From Ginglymostoma cirratum (lineage: Eukaryota): a DNA stretch of 64,000 nt. Location: contig JAHRHZ010000211.1 in assembly GCA_024137785.1 (NCBI GenBank), positions 538,012 to 602,011 on the forward strand, in the 5' to 3' direction. Each line of letters opens with the position of its first letter. Position 1 is the first letter of the stretch. The notes below the pieces were generated by a model that was not told the DNA's origin, did no database searches, and saw nothing but the letters and a program-made list of their open reading frames with translations. The position numbers and the translations under genes are program-made. This document shows positions 11,886-26,689 of the stretch, piece by piece.

Positions 11886-13753
11886 TCAGTGAGACAATAC
11901 TCACTTTTTGCAAAAATTTCAGATATTATTGCACTCCTGTTAACAATTTTAAAAATCCTTTTAATGTTTTGTTTTAAAGTACAATATTTCTGTTCTGCTG
12001 TCCACATTCCTATGCTCATTAACAATTACACTCTGAGGGTAAAGTTACCAGAGTCCTACCAATACGACGTTCAGTAAAGTTTAGACATTCCCAAACTTCC
12101 ACCATATGTACCATTGTTTCTGAATACTGTGGCCTTCGACTGCAGTCTTCAACAGATTCAACAAGGAAGCTCTTGCAGCCCTCTGTGGAATTACAAGTGA
12201 GCACACAGAGTAAGCCTAGATCTGGTGCACAGTTCGGCTTGTACGCATCAGCCAGTTGTGAAGATAGATAAATCTAGACCAAACTCTTTGGAAATTCCTT
12301 CTAGCTTTCCCACATATAGTCAAACACAGAGCAGGAAGCTTCAGAAAATGACAGAGTTTGTCACTACTGGTATACCTGCTTTCCAACACTTCTGATATCT
12401 TCCACTTTTAGGAACTCAATTGGGTTTGGTTTTGAAGCTCCAAAAGGAAAACCACACGTGACATTTTATGACCAGTGATTCTCACCAACTCCAACATTCC
12501 CCACCCACTCCTTGCTTTGGCTCTACCAATCACACTGACCTTTTCCAACTCATCATCTGTATCATAAACTGAGAAGCTGTTCTATTTAATAAACTGTTTT
12601 AGAAATTATAGCTTATAAACATTGCTCTGGTTTAAAGACAGGAATGAACTCTGAGGGTCACCTTACCTTTCACAATGGCAACATGGGACAAGCTTTGGAA
12701 GTGGAATACAAACAGACTGCCTAGATGGCACTCAAACTTGTGTAATTGCCTGATGTAAAGGTATTAGGCATTCATAACTGGAAACTGAATTATTTGCCTT
12801 GTTTGGAAGATAATTTGGCAGTTTGTCCAAATCACGTAACACTGTAGTAGACATGCAAAGATGCCCAAAAGTATAGAAAAGGCAGGGTGAGATGCCAGAA
12901 AAAAAAAAAAAGAAGAAACAGCGAGAGAGAGATTTTTGAAACATCTTTAGAGAAGGCCAAAGCTTCAATTCTGGGAGCAAGAAACAGAAATATCCAGAAA
13001 TAGCTGGAGGTCTGCTGTATTCACTTGGGAAGTAGATATGTTTCTTGCTTGCAGAACTGCAGAAGCAATAGCTCTCTATCACTTGTTCTGTTCCATCTAC
13101 AAAGCTTACCTGTGAAAGAAACTTCCGGAAATTCAACTTTGAAAGCCATCACAGCTATTGAGACAATTCTGTAATTCCAAGGCTTCACTTCAGACAATTC
13201 AATATTTCAACCTCAAAATACCAGCCCTGCATCGAATCACAGAAACAGAACTTGATTCACTATTTAGTGAGCATTACTTTCATCATCTGCAATTAGTATC
13301 CATGCAAGAGTGTGCGCAACAGTGAGGACATGGGTGTAAGAGCGAGGGCAGGGGTATGACAGCGAGAGTGCAGGTATGAAAGCACGACAGCACAAAAAGG
13401 GAGGTGGTGCACAACTACAGAGTGCAAACATGACAGCAAGAGCATGGGTGAGTGTGAGACAGCCTATGGGTTGTATCCATATTTCAGTTCATTTCCTTCC
13501 TTATCCTCCAATGAAAACATTCATCTCAGCTCAAAACAACGAGGCATCTCTGATCCTGACTCCATGAATTACCCAGTTTTGAAAACATTAGCATGCTATT
13601 GTCAATATCAATCACAGCTTTCTACCTGAATAATTGATTCAGTGCCAATAGAGCATTTCTTCAAATCTACCACACTCATTGACCAGGCTGTCCCATCTAG
13701 ACTGACTTCTTTAGCTGCAAGGGAATATGACAATGGAGTTCTCTGGAAAAATA

Positions 13754-13959
13754 TGAAGTGGAGATGCCAGTGTTGGACTGGGGTGGACAAGGTCAGAGGG
13801 CACCAGGTTATAGTCCAACAGGTTTATTTGAATTCTCAAGCTTTTGGAATGCTGCCCCTTCGTCACTTCACCTGATGAAGGGGCAGTGCTTCAAAAGCTT
13901 GTGATTTCAAATAAACCTGTTGGACTATTAACCGGTGGTGTTGTCCAACTTCCGACCTG
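13754..13959. mobile_element. Penelope-derived palindromic insertion with degenerate hammerhead
   Basis: Inverted repeat about 13801-13938; cacCTGATGAaggggcagtgcttcAAAAgcttgtg; tggaaaaata duplicated at 13744-13753 and 13960-13969. Confidence 0.75.
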
Positions 13960-16900
13960 TGGAAAAATAGTTTTTCACCTGTAAGGTGGTGATACCCAAG
14001 ATTTCTGCCAGCTTTCAAATAACTAAGTGGAAAATCCAAGCTACAAATTTGGGACGATGAAGGAGTATGCCTATGTGACTCCCTGCCTTACCTAACCTTA
14101 CATATTCCTTCCTGCCAGACTGGCAATTGCCTAACACCCAACCAAAGTATGGTCAGGTCAGGTCAGGTCAGTTGCAAAGATTCGATACCTAACACGGCCG
14201 AGATCAGCAAAGTTAAGCCATTCAAATTGGGATATTCCTTTAGGACACATGGCTCAAAATCACATCAGTGTACTGTCAGGCAGAAGGAATAATGAGAGGA
14301 TGGTGGAAAAGCTACTTACAACACACAAGTTAATTTTCACACAAACACTTCGCAAAAGATAAAAGCACACAGATTATTGACACAAGATTTTATACACGAT
14401 CAGGGCTACTTCAACCCCCTCTTTACACATAACATCAAATACCCACAAGCTTATTGCTGCTTGCCAGGAACAATACATATACAATAGGGTCTAGATAAAT
14501 TTCCAAATCAGATGTAAAATATCTCCACTCATTTGTACCCACAGCCTGAATTTAACTATTTACTGAGTAACTAAGTACAAATATAAACAGAACAGGAAAC
14601 AAATCTTACCATGAAGTATAGTTGGAAATAAGTGCTCCTGTACCTAATTCCAAGCTGGGGTACAGTTTATATCTGGGTCTAGAATTTGCTACATTAGTCA
14701 TCATCATCATCGAATCATAGATGTGGAATTGTTTAGTACGAAGGGATTTTCTGTCAAAACTCCCACTGACCAACGCAATTAGAATATTTCTTCTCCCCAA
14801 ACACTTCCTGGTCAAGAGGAAGATGGGAATGTGGTGCTAGTATCTCTTTCGGAGCCTGCATGCACAGTCACTTACTGACAAGCTGTTTACCTCTTTGCCA
14901 TAGTTTTATTTCGGTGAGGGGCTGGTTGCAGGGAAGTAGAGAATGGTATCGTTGTTATCAGTTGGCTTTTGGTTGATTGATGATGCAGGATGCCTGTTAC
15001 TTCAACAGTAAGGAGATGAGTTTTTCGTGTATTATGTTGTTGTCTCATATTTGATGTTAAACCAAATCTTGATGTACAGATCCAGTTGTGAGCATTCACT
15101 TTTGGAGGTACGGTGACAGCATAGTTTTTATACTGTGTCTCTTAACACAACTCTGAGGGCTGGGCAAAGTGGTCTGTCAGCAAGCAGCTGGACATTCCCT
15201 CAAGCGTACGGAGAGCACAGTCATCAGCAATCATCCAGTCGCCCAGTAGCTGTTGTGATCCGTGTGGGATTCTTAAGCCTTTTCAGATTCCTGAGTAGGG
15301 TACGTGCTCCTGTGTCACAATCTTTGAGCGTATACAAGAAATAATTGAAGAGTACTTGTGCAAACAGAACTGGAGCCATGGCATGGTGCTAATAGTGCCA
15401 GGAAAAACATCTGGTAAGGCGCATTACTCTGCATCGCACTGACCAGACGACCATGATCACCTTTTCAGGATAGCTGTACTGTACGTTCATCCTAGGCAAC
15501 AAACACCATTCAGAGATCCTTATTTGAGAGAGTATTCTTGAGTGTTATGCACGACAAAGATCACATCGATTGTTCCTTGTCCAGCGTGAAAGTCCCATTG
15601 AGATCCTGAGTTTGCCATCCTCTGGGTAACTGATAACAACCAAGAAATAACCACCCAGTTCAACTCCTGCAATGCAAGGCTGCAGGGGAATCAAAATACA
15701 GCAGTACACCCACTCACAGCTGGCCAAATACAAGGTACACTTGGTCAGATATCCCCACAAGAATAAGCCAACACGTTGGTCAACAAGTTCCAAAGAACAC
15801 TTGGGAGTTTCAAACTCCTGAAACTGCTTTTAATCTTTGGCAAGGTTTTTCTTAAATGGCTGAAGGATAGCCAGGTGTTTAATAGTTAATCTCTGCCACA
15901 GACTGTACCTCAGGTGACACTTCAATGTTACAATACAAAGTCTAACCACTAAACCGACTGAGTTCTACACAAATTTGTGACACTACTGAAAGAATTCCAT
16001 AGCTTAGCAAGTTTTCTGCAGTGTAGAATTCAAACTGCCCAAGGACATTGGAGGGGGAGTGGGGGTGGTAGGGTACACAACCCCAGCACCACCTGCAGCA
16101 GTATTCGTGAGTTTGACAGTACACATGCCTGGAGAATACAAGGATCAGAGGTTATCCTTGGAAGTGGGAGAGGGGGTGGGAAAAGATAAAATATCAGCAC
16201 AGGTTATTAGGGTGCAAGCCCCAGATAGGTCACGGTGAAGGGCTGGGGTGGGTGAAGCTTGTGCTAAGACGATAACAGGAGGAATGATGGTACATGGTCC
16301 AAGGGCATGGCAAGAACAGAAAGAATGAATACACAAGCCAGGAGTGGGGGGCAAACAGTTAATCAGGAAATATCAGGGATACGAATAGGGAACTCGAGGA
16401 ATCAGAACTTACACCCAAATTGGAAGATGAGACATCAGCGTGAACAACCCGGTTTTTTAGGGGGGTTGGGGAGAAATGGGGCTGTCAGAGTAAATACTCC
16501 AGGGGCCAGAATTAGTGAATTCCTTCTCAGATTGATAACTAATGCAGTGAGACTTAGCGAGCAGTCCCTTCTCCCTCTCCCATACCACACACAGCTTGAT
16601 AGAGAATCGTACAAAAGGACGGACGAGGGCAGAACGCAAGGTGGCCTGGTGAAAAAAACAAGCTCCTCTGATCAGATGCAGACAATGCACTTTTGTTACA
16701 GGAAGCAGTGATGGTTAGGATTGGTCCCTGTGCCACCAGGATGGGGTTACTGGAGAATATGCCATACTATTGCCAATGCAGCTCCCACTGCACTGTCCCA
16801 TTCAGCATTGGTTACACCACGTTTTAGATACACCACAGAGCTCCCACTTCACTGTCCAAAGAAATCAGACAAATATCACAATTAAGATTCTTTGGAAGTT

Positions 16901-18222
16901 AAGAGGTTCAGCACTTGTATTGCCAGCAGAGGACAAGAGGAGCTCAGAGCAGATTCAAAGACTGAGCTTGCTCATTCCTCCACGTCAGTGTGATTGGTAT
17001 TCTTCCTGGGAACTCTACTTTCAAGAGTACGATAGAAATCTCATGCTTATCATGATCAAGAGAATCCTCAGCCATAGAGTAAATATCACACGTAGATTAC
17101 ATTTTCAGCATACAGTCGCTTGAATCTAACTCAATGTTTTGGTTGCCACTTCCTCCTCTGCCTGAAGGCAGCAGCCCTTGAGGGTCTTGATTCTATAGCC
17201 ATTTGTGACAGACATCAATGTGTATAAATGAACAGAGACAGTGAGCAGCAGCAAGATGATAATCATAACTGAGCCCCATCTTGCAGTCAGCTGAAGAGGG
17301 AGTCACTAGTGGATAGCAGGACGGACAGCTGTGGATGAAGCTGCACTTGGGAGGAATAAGCACATTTTGATCAAATCAAATGCTAGCTGTATATAGAGCC
17401 CGTACCGAATGGTGCGACAATGATTCTGCATTAAAGTGGCAGGCAGGTCTACACTGGGTATTGTAGCACACACATCACAAAGGCCACGTACCGACTACAA
17501 GTTTGACTTGACAAAGGAACCAAAATAGAAGTGAATCCAGATAAAAACAAAACCGGATGTGCAAGACAGCTACATTCTGCCACTGCGCAAGTGTCAGAGC
17601 CAGATCAAACTTTTCTAAGCTATGTTCAGAGAAGTTACAATGGCACATCAGCACTAAAACTCTGTATTTAGTCATGTAGAAACACTACTTCTTGGGCTCC
17701 CATTGTCTGATTAAAAACGGCATGAATTACAATGCAACTTTCAAATGACATGGGACGAGATTAATTTAGGATATCTGGTCAGCATGGACGAGTTGGGCCA
17801 AAGGGTCTGTTTCCATGCTGTATAACTCTACGATGTTAGGCTGTTGAAAAGCTCAAACTACAGGGAGTAAAGCTAGAAGAGGTAGTATGACAAAAGACTG
17901 CTGGATCTTAAGAATTTGTAATATCTCAGTCATTCACAATCCAATTGAACCTAAATGAAAATCACCAAGGCTGACAGTTGAACCTCCTTCTTTTACAGGA
18001 ACCTAAATGTGATAACTGCGCTTGAGGTAGGGCCTTCAGGCTTTGCAAATATTGTTATCGCAATCACTGGAGCTTGGCTGCAGAGTTAGTGAAAACAATC
18101 TAGCCGAATGTGTTTTCAAATTTATCCTCAAGCCTGAAATTTTGATTAAGAAAAGCGAACGACAAAGAACTAGATGGGCTCCAATGGCTCATGTTTCAAT
18201 GACAGAAGGAGTCAGATGCAGA

Positions 18223-18641
18223 TTTTCGGAATTCAGAAGATTGAGGGAGGGGGGGGAATCTTATAGAAACATAAAATTATGAAGGGAATAGACAAGATAG
18301 AAGTAGAGAGGATATTTCCACTGGCAGGTGAAGCTAGGACAAGAGGGCGTAGCCTCAAGATTAGAGGGAGCAGGTTTAGGACTGAATTGAGAAGGAACTT
18401 CTTCACCCAGAGGGTTGTTAATCTGTGGAATTCCTTGCCCAGTGAAGTAGTTGACGCTACTTCAGTAAACGTTTTTAAAGCTAAGGTAGATTTTTTTTGA
18501 ACAATAAAGGAATTACGGGATACGGTGAGAGCGCGGGTAAGTGGATCCGAGTCCACAAAAAGATCAGCCATGATCTTATTGAACGGCGGAGCAGGCTCGA
18601 AGGGCCGGACAGCCTACTCCTGCTCCTAGTTCTTATGTTCG
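18223..18641 (+). mobile_element. 5'-truncated CR1 LINE, probably young
   Basis: Open ORF2 C-terminus (RNFFTQRVVNLWNSLPSEVV), CpGs retained; gatgcaga at 18215-18222 and 18642-18649 is a candidate TSD. Confidence 0.85.
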
Positions 18642-19354
18642 GATGCAGAAAGCAATTTGCTAAAGTCAATGGAGCAGCTTTCAAACTATTCATCCTCCGT
18701 CTGCTCTGCAAGTGAGTTCACCAGACAATGAAATACTCTTACCTGGCCACGTGAAGACTTCAGTCAGGAAAATATGTGCAGCATACCATGTTCTACTATA
18801 TTATTTGATCAAACAGTTAAAACAAACCTCGGCAATTTCACCTCTAGCTTTAGACTGTGGCACAGTACAGTGACATAGAGTGATAACAGATCAACTGGAC
18901 TTCAATTCTTGAAAATAAAAGTCAGAGTATCTACTGTCCAGGCAGAAGTCTAAAAACAGTTTGAAGATTCTAGTCCTGATAAACCGGTTATACAGGAAAT
19001 CCAAAATCAGAGAAAGTATATCAGGATTAAATTCTGCATTAAGAATTGAATTAGAACCAGTTCATCTGTTGCTGAATTATTTGCTGCAAATCCTAATTAG
19101 AAAACTAAATAAATACATTTTATAGAGGTAAGGGCAGTAAAGTTCCAAAAGCACCTCCAATTTGGTTGTAGTGTGAATTTTTCATGACCATGATTTTATG
19201 AAAATGGTCAATAAGCAATAAGATAAAACATATAAAAATAAAAGTTATGTTGCATCAGTCTATCTCGACTGATGTCCCAGATTCAAGTGATCAGTTTACA
19301 AGTTTGATAATAATTAAGAGGAAGAGGAGGACAATGCTAGGATGGTGACTGGTG

Positions 19355-19585
<231 letters not shown>

Positions 19586-19840
19586 TCAGCAATTCAGGGT
19601 GATGACAAGAGTGGAAGATAAAGTATTAAAGCCACAAATGACCCACAACATTAGGCGATAGAGTATAACATGCTGGTGTTACATGAAGGATGATATGACC
19701 TGGCTATGAGATCCTAACATAATAATCTGATCTTGCTAAAGATGCTTGCAGAAGTAATTCACTCAAGGAATGAACTCAGTCAGAGACCTGCAAATAAATA
19801 AAACATCATATGGACAACAAACATCCTCCTATTAACATTG

Positions 19841-20055
19841 AGATACTAAGAACTGCTGACGCTGGAGTCAGAGATAACACAGTGTGGAGCTGGAGGAACA
19901 CAGTAGGCCAGGCAGAATCAGAGGAGCAGGAAAGTTGACGTTTTGGGTCAGGACCCTTGTTCAGAAGGAGGTTCCTGACCCGAAACGTGAACTTTCCTAC
20001 TCCTCTGATTCTGCGTGGCCTGCTGTGTTCCTCCAGGTCCATATTGTGTTATCTC
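19841..20055. mobile_element. Penelope-derived fold-back insertion
   Basis: About 185-bp palindrome 19871-20055 giving near-identical peptides on both strands; ctcctatta at 19826-19834 and 20053-20061. Confidence 0.8.
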
Positions 20056-20899
20056 CTATTATTTCATATTGTTGTGGGGGTACCTCCACGTTAGGATTTT
20101 GGGGGAAAGAGGGTGTGGTGAGTTGAAGGTTGAAGTGTTAATTGAACTGAGCTATTCACTTTGCAATTAGAATGCCCTCAGAAGCTTAGAAATAAAAAGT
20201 AGTATCTTCGAATTTATCTCTTTCCTCTTAGTCCTTCACAAAACAACTTCAAACAGATTCAAGCTGCAGAACTAACAGTCATCAATAATTACATTCAAGC
20301 CTCGAGTTTGCTATTTCCCAATTCTCGAGGAAGGGAGTCTGGAAGTTGTCTGCTCTCCCAGAAGTAACGAATGCAAGGTGTGCAGTGACACTGTCTTTAC
20401 CAGAGAGATTATTTCATTCATTTCTGCAGAGTTGAATCACAATAATAGCTCACTGCGCAGAGCCAAGCTGCCAGCACCAGTAAAGAACATTTCACAGTCT
20501 TTGACTGGATCCCCACAAGAGGGGGTTTTGGAGTAGCATTTACACAGCCTTGTTCCACCTCAGAGGCCTGTTAAAGAACTGGTTGGAATAAATGGATCCC
20601 ACATACCATGTTGTCCAAGCACCACTACAACACAAATTGATAATAATAATGAAAATGTGTTACAGGTAGCCTTTTTAAGGAGAGATTCTGGTTCTAGTTG
20701 CGTCCAAAGACTGCAGTACTCAGCTCTTTTCAAAGGAAGCACCAAACAGATGTCCGAAGCTTAGCTGAAAGACACTTCACCTGCACTTAGGAATTTTCCA
20801 AGTTCAATACCCTCTTATTCAGGCAATGTCAGATGAAAATGAAAACTTGGAGGTGTGGCAAATAGTGAAGATGAAACCAACTGAATTGCAACAGTTCAG

Positions 20900-21290
20900 A
20901 AACAGGTCAGCAGAATGGTGGGTAACTAGTAACTATTCAATAGGATCATGGCTAATCTCATCTCACCTCAACTCAACTCCACTTTTCTGCCTGCTCCCCA
21001 TAACCCTTCAACCCATTACTAATTTAAAAATATATATCAGCCTATATCCTCCTTAAATTTACTCAATGTCCTAGCATCAGCTGCACTCTCGGGGAGTGAA
21101 CTCACAGATTCATGACCCTTTAAGAGAAACAATTTCTCTTTATCTGTATTTGACTGCCTCGCCTTAGCCTAAAACTATGATCTCTTATTCTAGATTGTCC
21201 TACAAGGGGAACATCCTTTTCATGTCTACTTTGTCAATCCCCTTTGGCATCTTCTATACCTCATTAGATCTCTTGTTCTTCAATTCAGAA
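20900..21290 (-). mobile_element. Degenerate CR1 LINE 3' fragment
   Basis: Reverse complement resembles the CR1 3' end seen at 18223-18641. Confidence 0.6.
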
Positions 21291-22619
21291 GGATAAGTTC
21301 CCACATTTTTCACTTTCTTTGCAAGCATGTCGCCTCCCGCTTCTCATCACTGTTTTTGGGTATTGTTACCATCTGCTTTGCTACAGCTTGTTCATGCTTT
21401 TTGTTCAGTTCTAGCTGGTTGCTTTTAGGCCCATTCAATAGCCATTAATGTTTCTTCCTCAGCTTAGTGCTCCAATGGCATTTTTAAACAGCAAGTTGAT
21501 TTTCTGACTCTTCTGTAACATCTTTAGTAAGAATCCAAACGTAGCAGCAGATTCATAAACAGTAGTTTGTTCCTTCAAGTTGTCCTTCATTTCAGCAATA
21601 ATTCCTAAAATCACTGAAGGTGCCTACACCATATCTCCAGCCTTGTCCTTTCTTAGCAAAACCCCACACCCTTAATCAGCAAACTAGAAACATCATTAAC
21701 AGGATCCAGTCAATTCTTAAAATCAATCCTACAGAAGGAAACAGGAAGTCATTTCCATCAATACCTTCAGCAAACTATCTGGAGAGAAATTCATGTCACA
21801 CGCCAGCACCAGCAACTGTATCTCCAGAGATCTCAACTAAATTGCCTGCTTCACTAGATAAACATGGGGGCGTTACTTCAAATAGAAAGTATTTATAGTG
21901 AATCAGGGTGCAGTAAACGTGGGGAGAAACTACCTCCTTATCATGAGCTTTCCTAGTTAGGACAGCACCTTCTGGAGGGCCAGCAGAATGCTACAGACTT
22001 GTTTTTCTACTTCCACTCAGTCTTCATACATCCTTTTTTAAGCATTTCCACTCCCTTAAACTGAATATTCTCTAGGCACTCTTTTACTACTCGAGCATTG
22101 TTTCGCCTTTGCCACCTTCTTCAGCAGAGATAGATGCCGTTCTGTTCTCAAAATTCCCACCTCCACAATTGCTCCAAGTCTCCAGACTGGGGCATGTTGC
22201 TAATATGCTCGAGTTAAATTGTAACTACCTGCTATTACTACAGCTTTGTTTATATTAAGGAAAGTGCCTTCTCTCTGGCAGTTCTGGCCCCATTTCCTGA
22301 TACCAACTTGTAGGTATTAAGAACAGCAGTGTTTACTGTCACGGTCACCCGACAGCTCCTCTGAAAGTGAGGAGTACGTCTCCACCACTTTCCTCATGAA
22401 ACACTCTACAGGAGCATGGGAGCATTGTTTCAGACCACTGGCACTTATTTTCTCATGACACAAAGTACTTCCTCTCTCTCTTCTCATTAAATTTAGATAT
22501 CAGATAAATATTATCTGTCACAGGCAAAGAACTATGCGGGAGGCACAGATTATTGATGAAATACAGACACATCATGCTACAGCAGAGGAAGCAAGTCACG
22601 GTAAATTCAGCTATGTTGA

Positions 22620-25485
22620 GTGTCAAGTGAGGCAAGGCTGAACGATCTTTAATGCTAGGAGTGTCATAGATTAGACGGATAAGTTCATGGCATGGATTAT
22701 CACGAGGAAGTATGATATTGTTTCCATCACAGAAATATGGTTGAAGGAAGAGCTGGACTGCAACTCAACATTCCAGGGTGTAGGATCTTTAGGAGAGACA
22801 GAAAAGGGTGTAAAAAGGGTGGTGGCATAGCACTATTAATTAAGGAGTCAGTTACTGAAATGAGGAGAGATGATATCTTGAAAGGGTCCTCCAACAAGGC
22901 TTTCTGGGTAGAACGTAGGAATGTTAAGGGGGCAGCTACTTTACTGGGATTGTATTATAGACCCCAAAGAATCAGTGGGAACTAGGACAGCAAATATGTA
23001 GACAGTTCACAGAGGTGTGTAAGAGTAATAACTGGGTAATTACACTAGGTGGTTTCAACTTTTCCAACATAACTTGGAATAGTCACAGTATAAAGGGTTT
23101 AGAGGGAACAGATTTCTTGAAATGTATCCAGCAGAGCAATGGTGGGGGCATTCAAAAAGGAACTGGGGGGAGTATAGGTCCAACACCCTTTAAAGGAAAA
23201 TGTAGGAGCAATAAGTTCAGAGACCCGTAGATATCTAGGACAATTTGGGACTGGATAAAGAGGAGTAGGGCTTTTATCAAGTCAAAAGTGAACAATTCAG
23301 CTGTATTCCTCTAAGGCCACAGCAAGTGCAGGAGGGAATTTAAGAAAGCAATCAGAAGAGTTAAAAGGGGGTCGGGAAAGGACTTGTGAACGGGATTCGG
23401 GAGAATCTGAAGGTATTTTATACGTGCAATCAAGGGAAGAGGTTAACTAGGGAAAGAGTAGGGCCCATTAGGAACCAAGGGGGCAACCTGTGTGTGAAGC
23501 CACAGGATGCTGAATGAATACTTCTCTTCGGTCTTCACTCTGGGAAAGGAGAACATGGGTGCAGAATTAAAGGAAAAGGGACTGCGAAGAACTTGCGCAG
23601 TTTGACATACTGAAGGCTCTGTCAGGCTTACAAACAAAAAAATCCCCTGGCCGGGATGAATTGCATCCCAGGCTGCTGTGGGAGGTGAGGCAGGAAATTG
23701 CAGGGGCTCGAAGACAATTTTTTTTAATTCCTCTCTGGCCGTTGGGTAGCTGCCACAGGACTGAAGGATGGCTAATGTGGTTCCACTTCTTAAGTGGGGC
23801 AGTAGAGATGAACCAGGCAATTATAGATCTCGAGTGGCACGGTGGCTCATTGGTTAGCACTGCTGCCTCATAGCACCAGGAGCCTGGGTTCAATTCCACT
23901 CTAGGGCGACAGTGTGGAGTTTGCACATTCTCCCCGCGTCTGAGTGAGTTTCTGCTTGGTGCTCAGGTTTACTCCCACAGCCCAAAGATGTGGGGGCTAG
24001 GTGGAGTAGCCATGCTAAATTGCCCATAGTGTTCAGCGATGTGTAGATTAGGTGGGTTATAGGGGGGATGAGTCTGGGCGGGAGGCTGAGAGAGTCGGTG
24101 TGGACTTGTTGGGCCGAAAGGCCTGTTTCCACATTGTAGGGAGTCTAAATCGAAGATCGGTGAGTCTCACATCAATGGTAGGGAAACAGTTGGAGAAAAT
24201 TCAGGAGTGAATTAATACCGACTGGGAAAGACATGGGTTAATTAGGGATAGTCAGCATGGTTTTGTCAGAGGGAGATCATGCCTAACAAATTTGTTAGAA
24301 GTTTTCGAAAACATGATCAAGAGTGTCCATGAGGCAAGTTCAGTTCACGTAGCAATATTGGTTTTTAGCAAAGCTTTTGACAAAGTCCCACATGGGAAAC
24401 TGAGAAGGTAAAAGGACATGAAACTGAGGCAAAATTGGCAAGGTGGATCAGAAACTGGCTTAGAAATAGGACACAAATGGCAGTGCTAGAACATTGTTTG
24501 AATGATTGTCCAACCGTATACCACAAGGATCAGTACCGGGGCCCTTATCATTTATATTTTATAACAAAAAAAAAATCTGTGAGGAATGTAAAGCAAATTT
24601 GCAGGTGACACCAAGATTGGTGGAGTGGTTAACAGTGAAGATGGTTGTAGGTTACAAAAATAACCAGATGAGCAGATGATATTTAACCCTGGGAAGTGCG
24701 AGGTGATGCACTTTGGAAGAAGAAACAAGATGGGGGAGTATTTAAAAGAACGGCAGGATACAGAGTTGCTTAGAACAGTGGGATCTTAGGGTAATTATTC
24801 GCAGATCTCTGAATTCGCCAGTGCTTGTCAATAAGATAGTTAAGAAAGCATATGGGACACTTGCTTTCATCAGTTGTGGCATAAAGTACAACAGCAAGGA
24901 GGTAATACTGGAGTTGTACAAAGCGTTGATCAGGCTGCAACTAGAGTACTGTGTGCAGTTCTGGTCACCCCACTAAAGGAAGGATGTGATTGTACTATAA
25001 AGTGTACAGATGAGGCTCACCAGGTTGTTGCCTGGAATGGAGAAACTGAGCTATAAGAAGATACTAGATAAGCTCAGATTGTTTTCTGTAGAACAGAGAA
25101 GATTGAAGAGCGGGGGACATGACTGAGATGTCTAAGATTGAGTGGTATGGACAGGTGAATAGAAAGCAGCTACTTCCCTTGGTTGAGGGGTCAATCATGA
25201 GGGAGCATAGTTTTAGGCTAAGTGATAGAAGATTCAGATGGGTCTTAGGAAAAAAACTTTATCATTCAGCGGGTGGTGGGAATCTGGAATGTACTGCCTG
25301 GGAAGGTAGTGGAGACCAGAGACCTTACAACCTTTAAAAAAAATCTGGATACTTCAAATATCATAACATTCAAGCATAAGAGACAAGTGCAGGAAATTGG
25401 ATTCGGGTACTTTCAGTCAGTCTATGTCAGTATAGACTCAATAGGCCAAAGAGCCTTTTCTGTGCTGTACGAATCTATGAATTAA
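22620..25485 (+). mobile_element. Long decayed CR1/HER1 LINE (endonuclease, RT, 3' tail)
   Basis: FRRDRKG.KGGGIALL, GLYYRP and GFNF endonuclease motifs; RT segments; many stops and frameshifts. Confidence 0.88.
23833..24150 (+). mobile_element. HE1-type (V-SINE) elasmobranch SINE nested in the LINE
   Basis: gtggcacggtggctcattggttagcactgctgcctca head; gtggagtttgcacattctcccc V-domain; HER1-type tail. Confidence 0.85.
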
Positions 25486-26019
25486 AATATACATGGAGTT
25501 TAATCTTGGTCATCCTCAACTTTTCCACTTACGACAAGATTTTATAATTTCAATTCAAACCCATCCCTTTCTAACTTTCTCCTTTCCCTTTTGAATTCAA
25601 GTTTGTTCACTCTCTTTCTAATTCTACCTTTTCCTGCTGTAATGAAAGTTTGGGTGCGTCCAATCGAAAACTCACAGAAGTATTATTTCTTTCTATAACC
25701 TTCAAGTAACAATCCAACTTATGAAGTGTCTTCAGAAAGCTGAAGGTTCAACTTTCCTTTTAGTTTGGGGTTGACTTAAGAATAAAGTTCCAAAACAATG
25801 GATTCCATCTCAACATTGATGCAAAAAGGAAATGGACAAATTTTCATCCTGATTAAATTTCTCACTTTAGGCAGTGCTAAAGCATTTCACAATTCTTTTA
25901 GAAACACTTGTTCAAGGACAAACATGCACGTGGATTCCGAGAAGTTCCCTGTCTTCTTTTGAACACTCCCATGGGATCGTTGACATCTGTCAAAGAAGTG
26001 GAATGTTTTTGCCTGTCTA

Positions 26020-26214
<195 letters not shown>

Positions 26215-26689
26215 TCACACCCCATTTCAGGCAAACAATCAACACATTGCTCCTTACCTTGAAATAAAAACAGAAGTGCTAGCACATCTTCAGTGACCCT
26301 AGGATGTTCCAAATTGCTTTACAGTCAACACGTGGTTTTGAAGTGTGGTCAGAGGTAACAGAGCATACACAAACAAAAAACTTTCACAAACAACAACGTG
26401 GCAATAACCAGATTAGTTGCACTGATGAGAATTGAGCGATAAATACAGACTAGCACGACAAGGCTGCCTCACTCATTCATTAAGTCAGTGCAATGGAAAA
26501 GTGGGAACCTGTTTACTCTGCAATGTCTCAGTGTGGTCAACAGCACCTCTGACAATGTAGCATCGCCTCAAAGCTCAATGAAGTATCGGCCTGAATTTTG
26601 TTATTATTTCACAGGATGTGAATGTTGCTGCTTGGGCCAACGTTTGTTTCCATCCTTACTTGCCCTTAGGAGAGTAACAGTGAGCCAAC

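Noticed and set aside
15100-16800. Cluster of ORFs including 16307..16711
   Set aside because: No recognisable domain or consistent splice pattern; may be a very old LINE remnant but cannot be supported.
18737-18745. Strong minus-strand donor CAG|gtaaga (another at 14604-14612) in the smad10 3' region
   Set aside because: No matching acceptor or exon could be supported; such motifs arise by chance.
23833-23910. tRNA gene (also at the heads near 28005, 47721 and 5024)
   Set aside because: These are SINE heads continuing into SINE cores; no complete cloverleaf.
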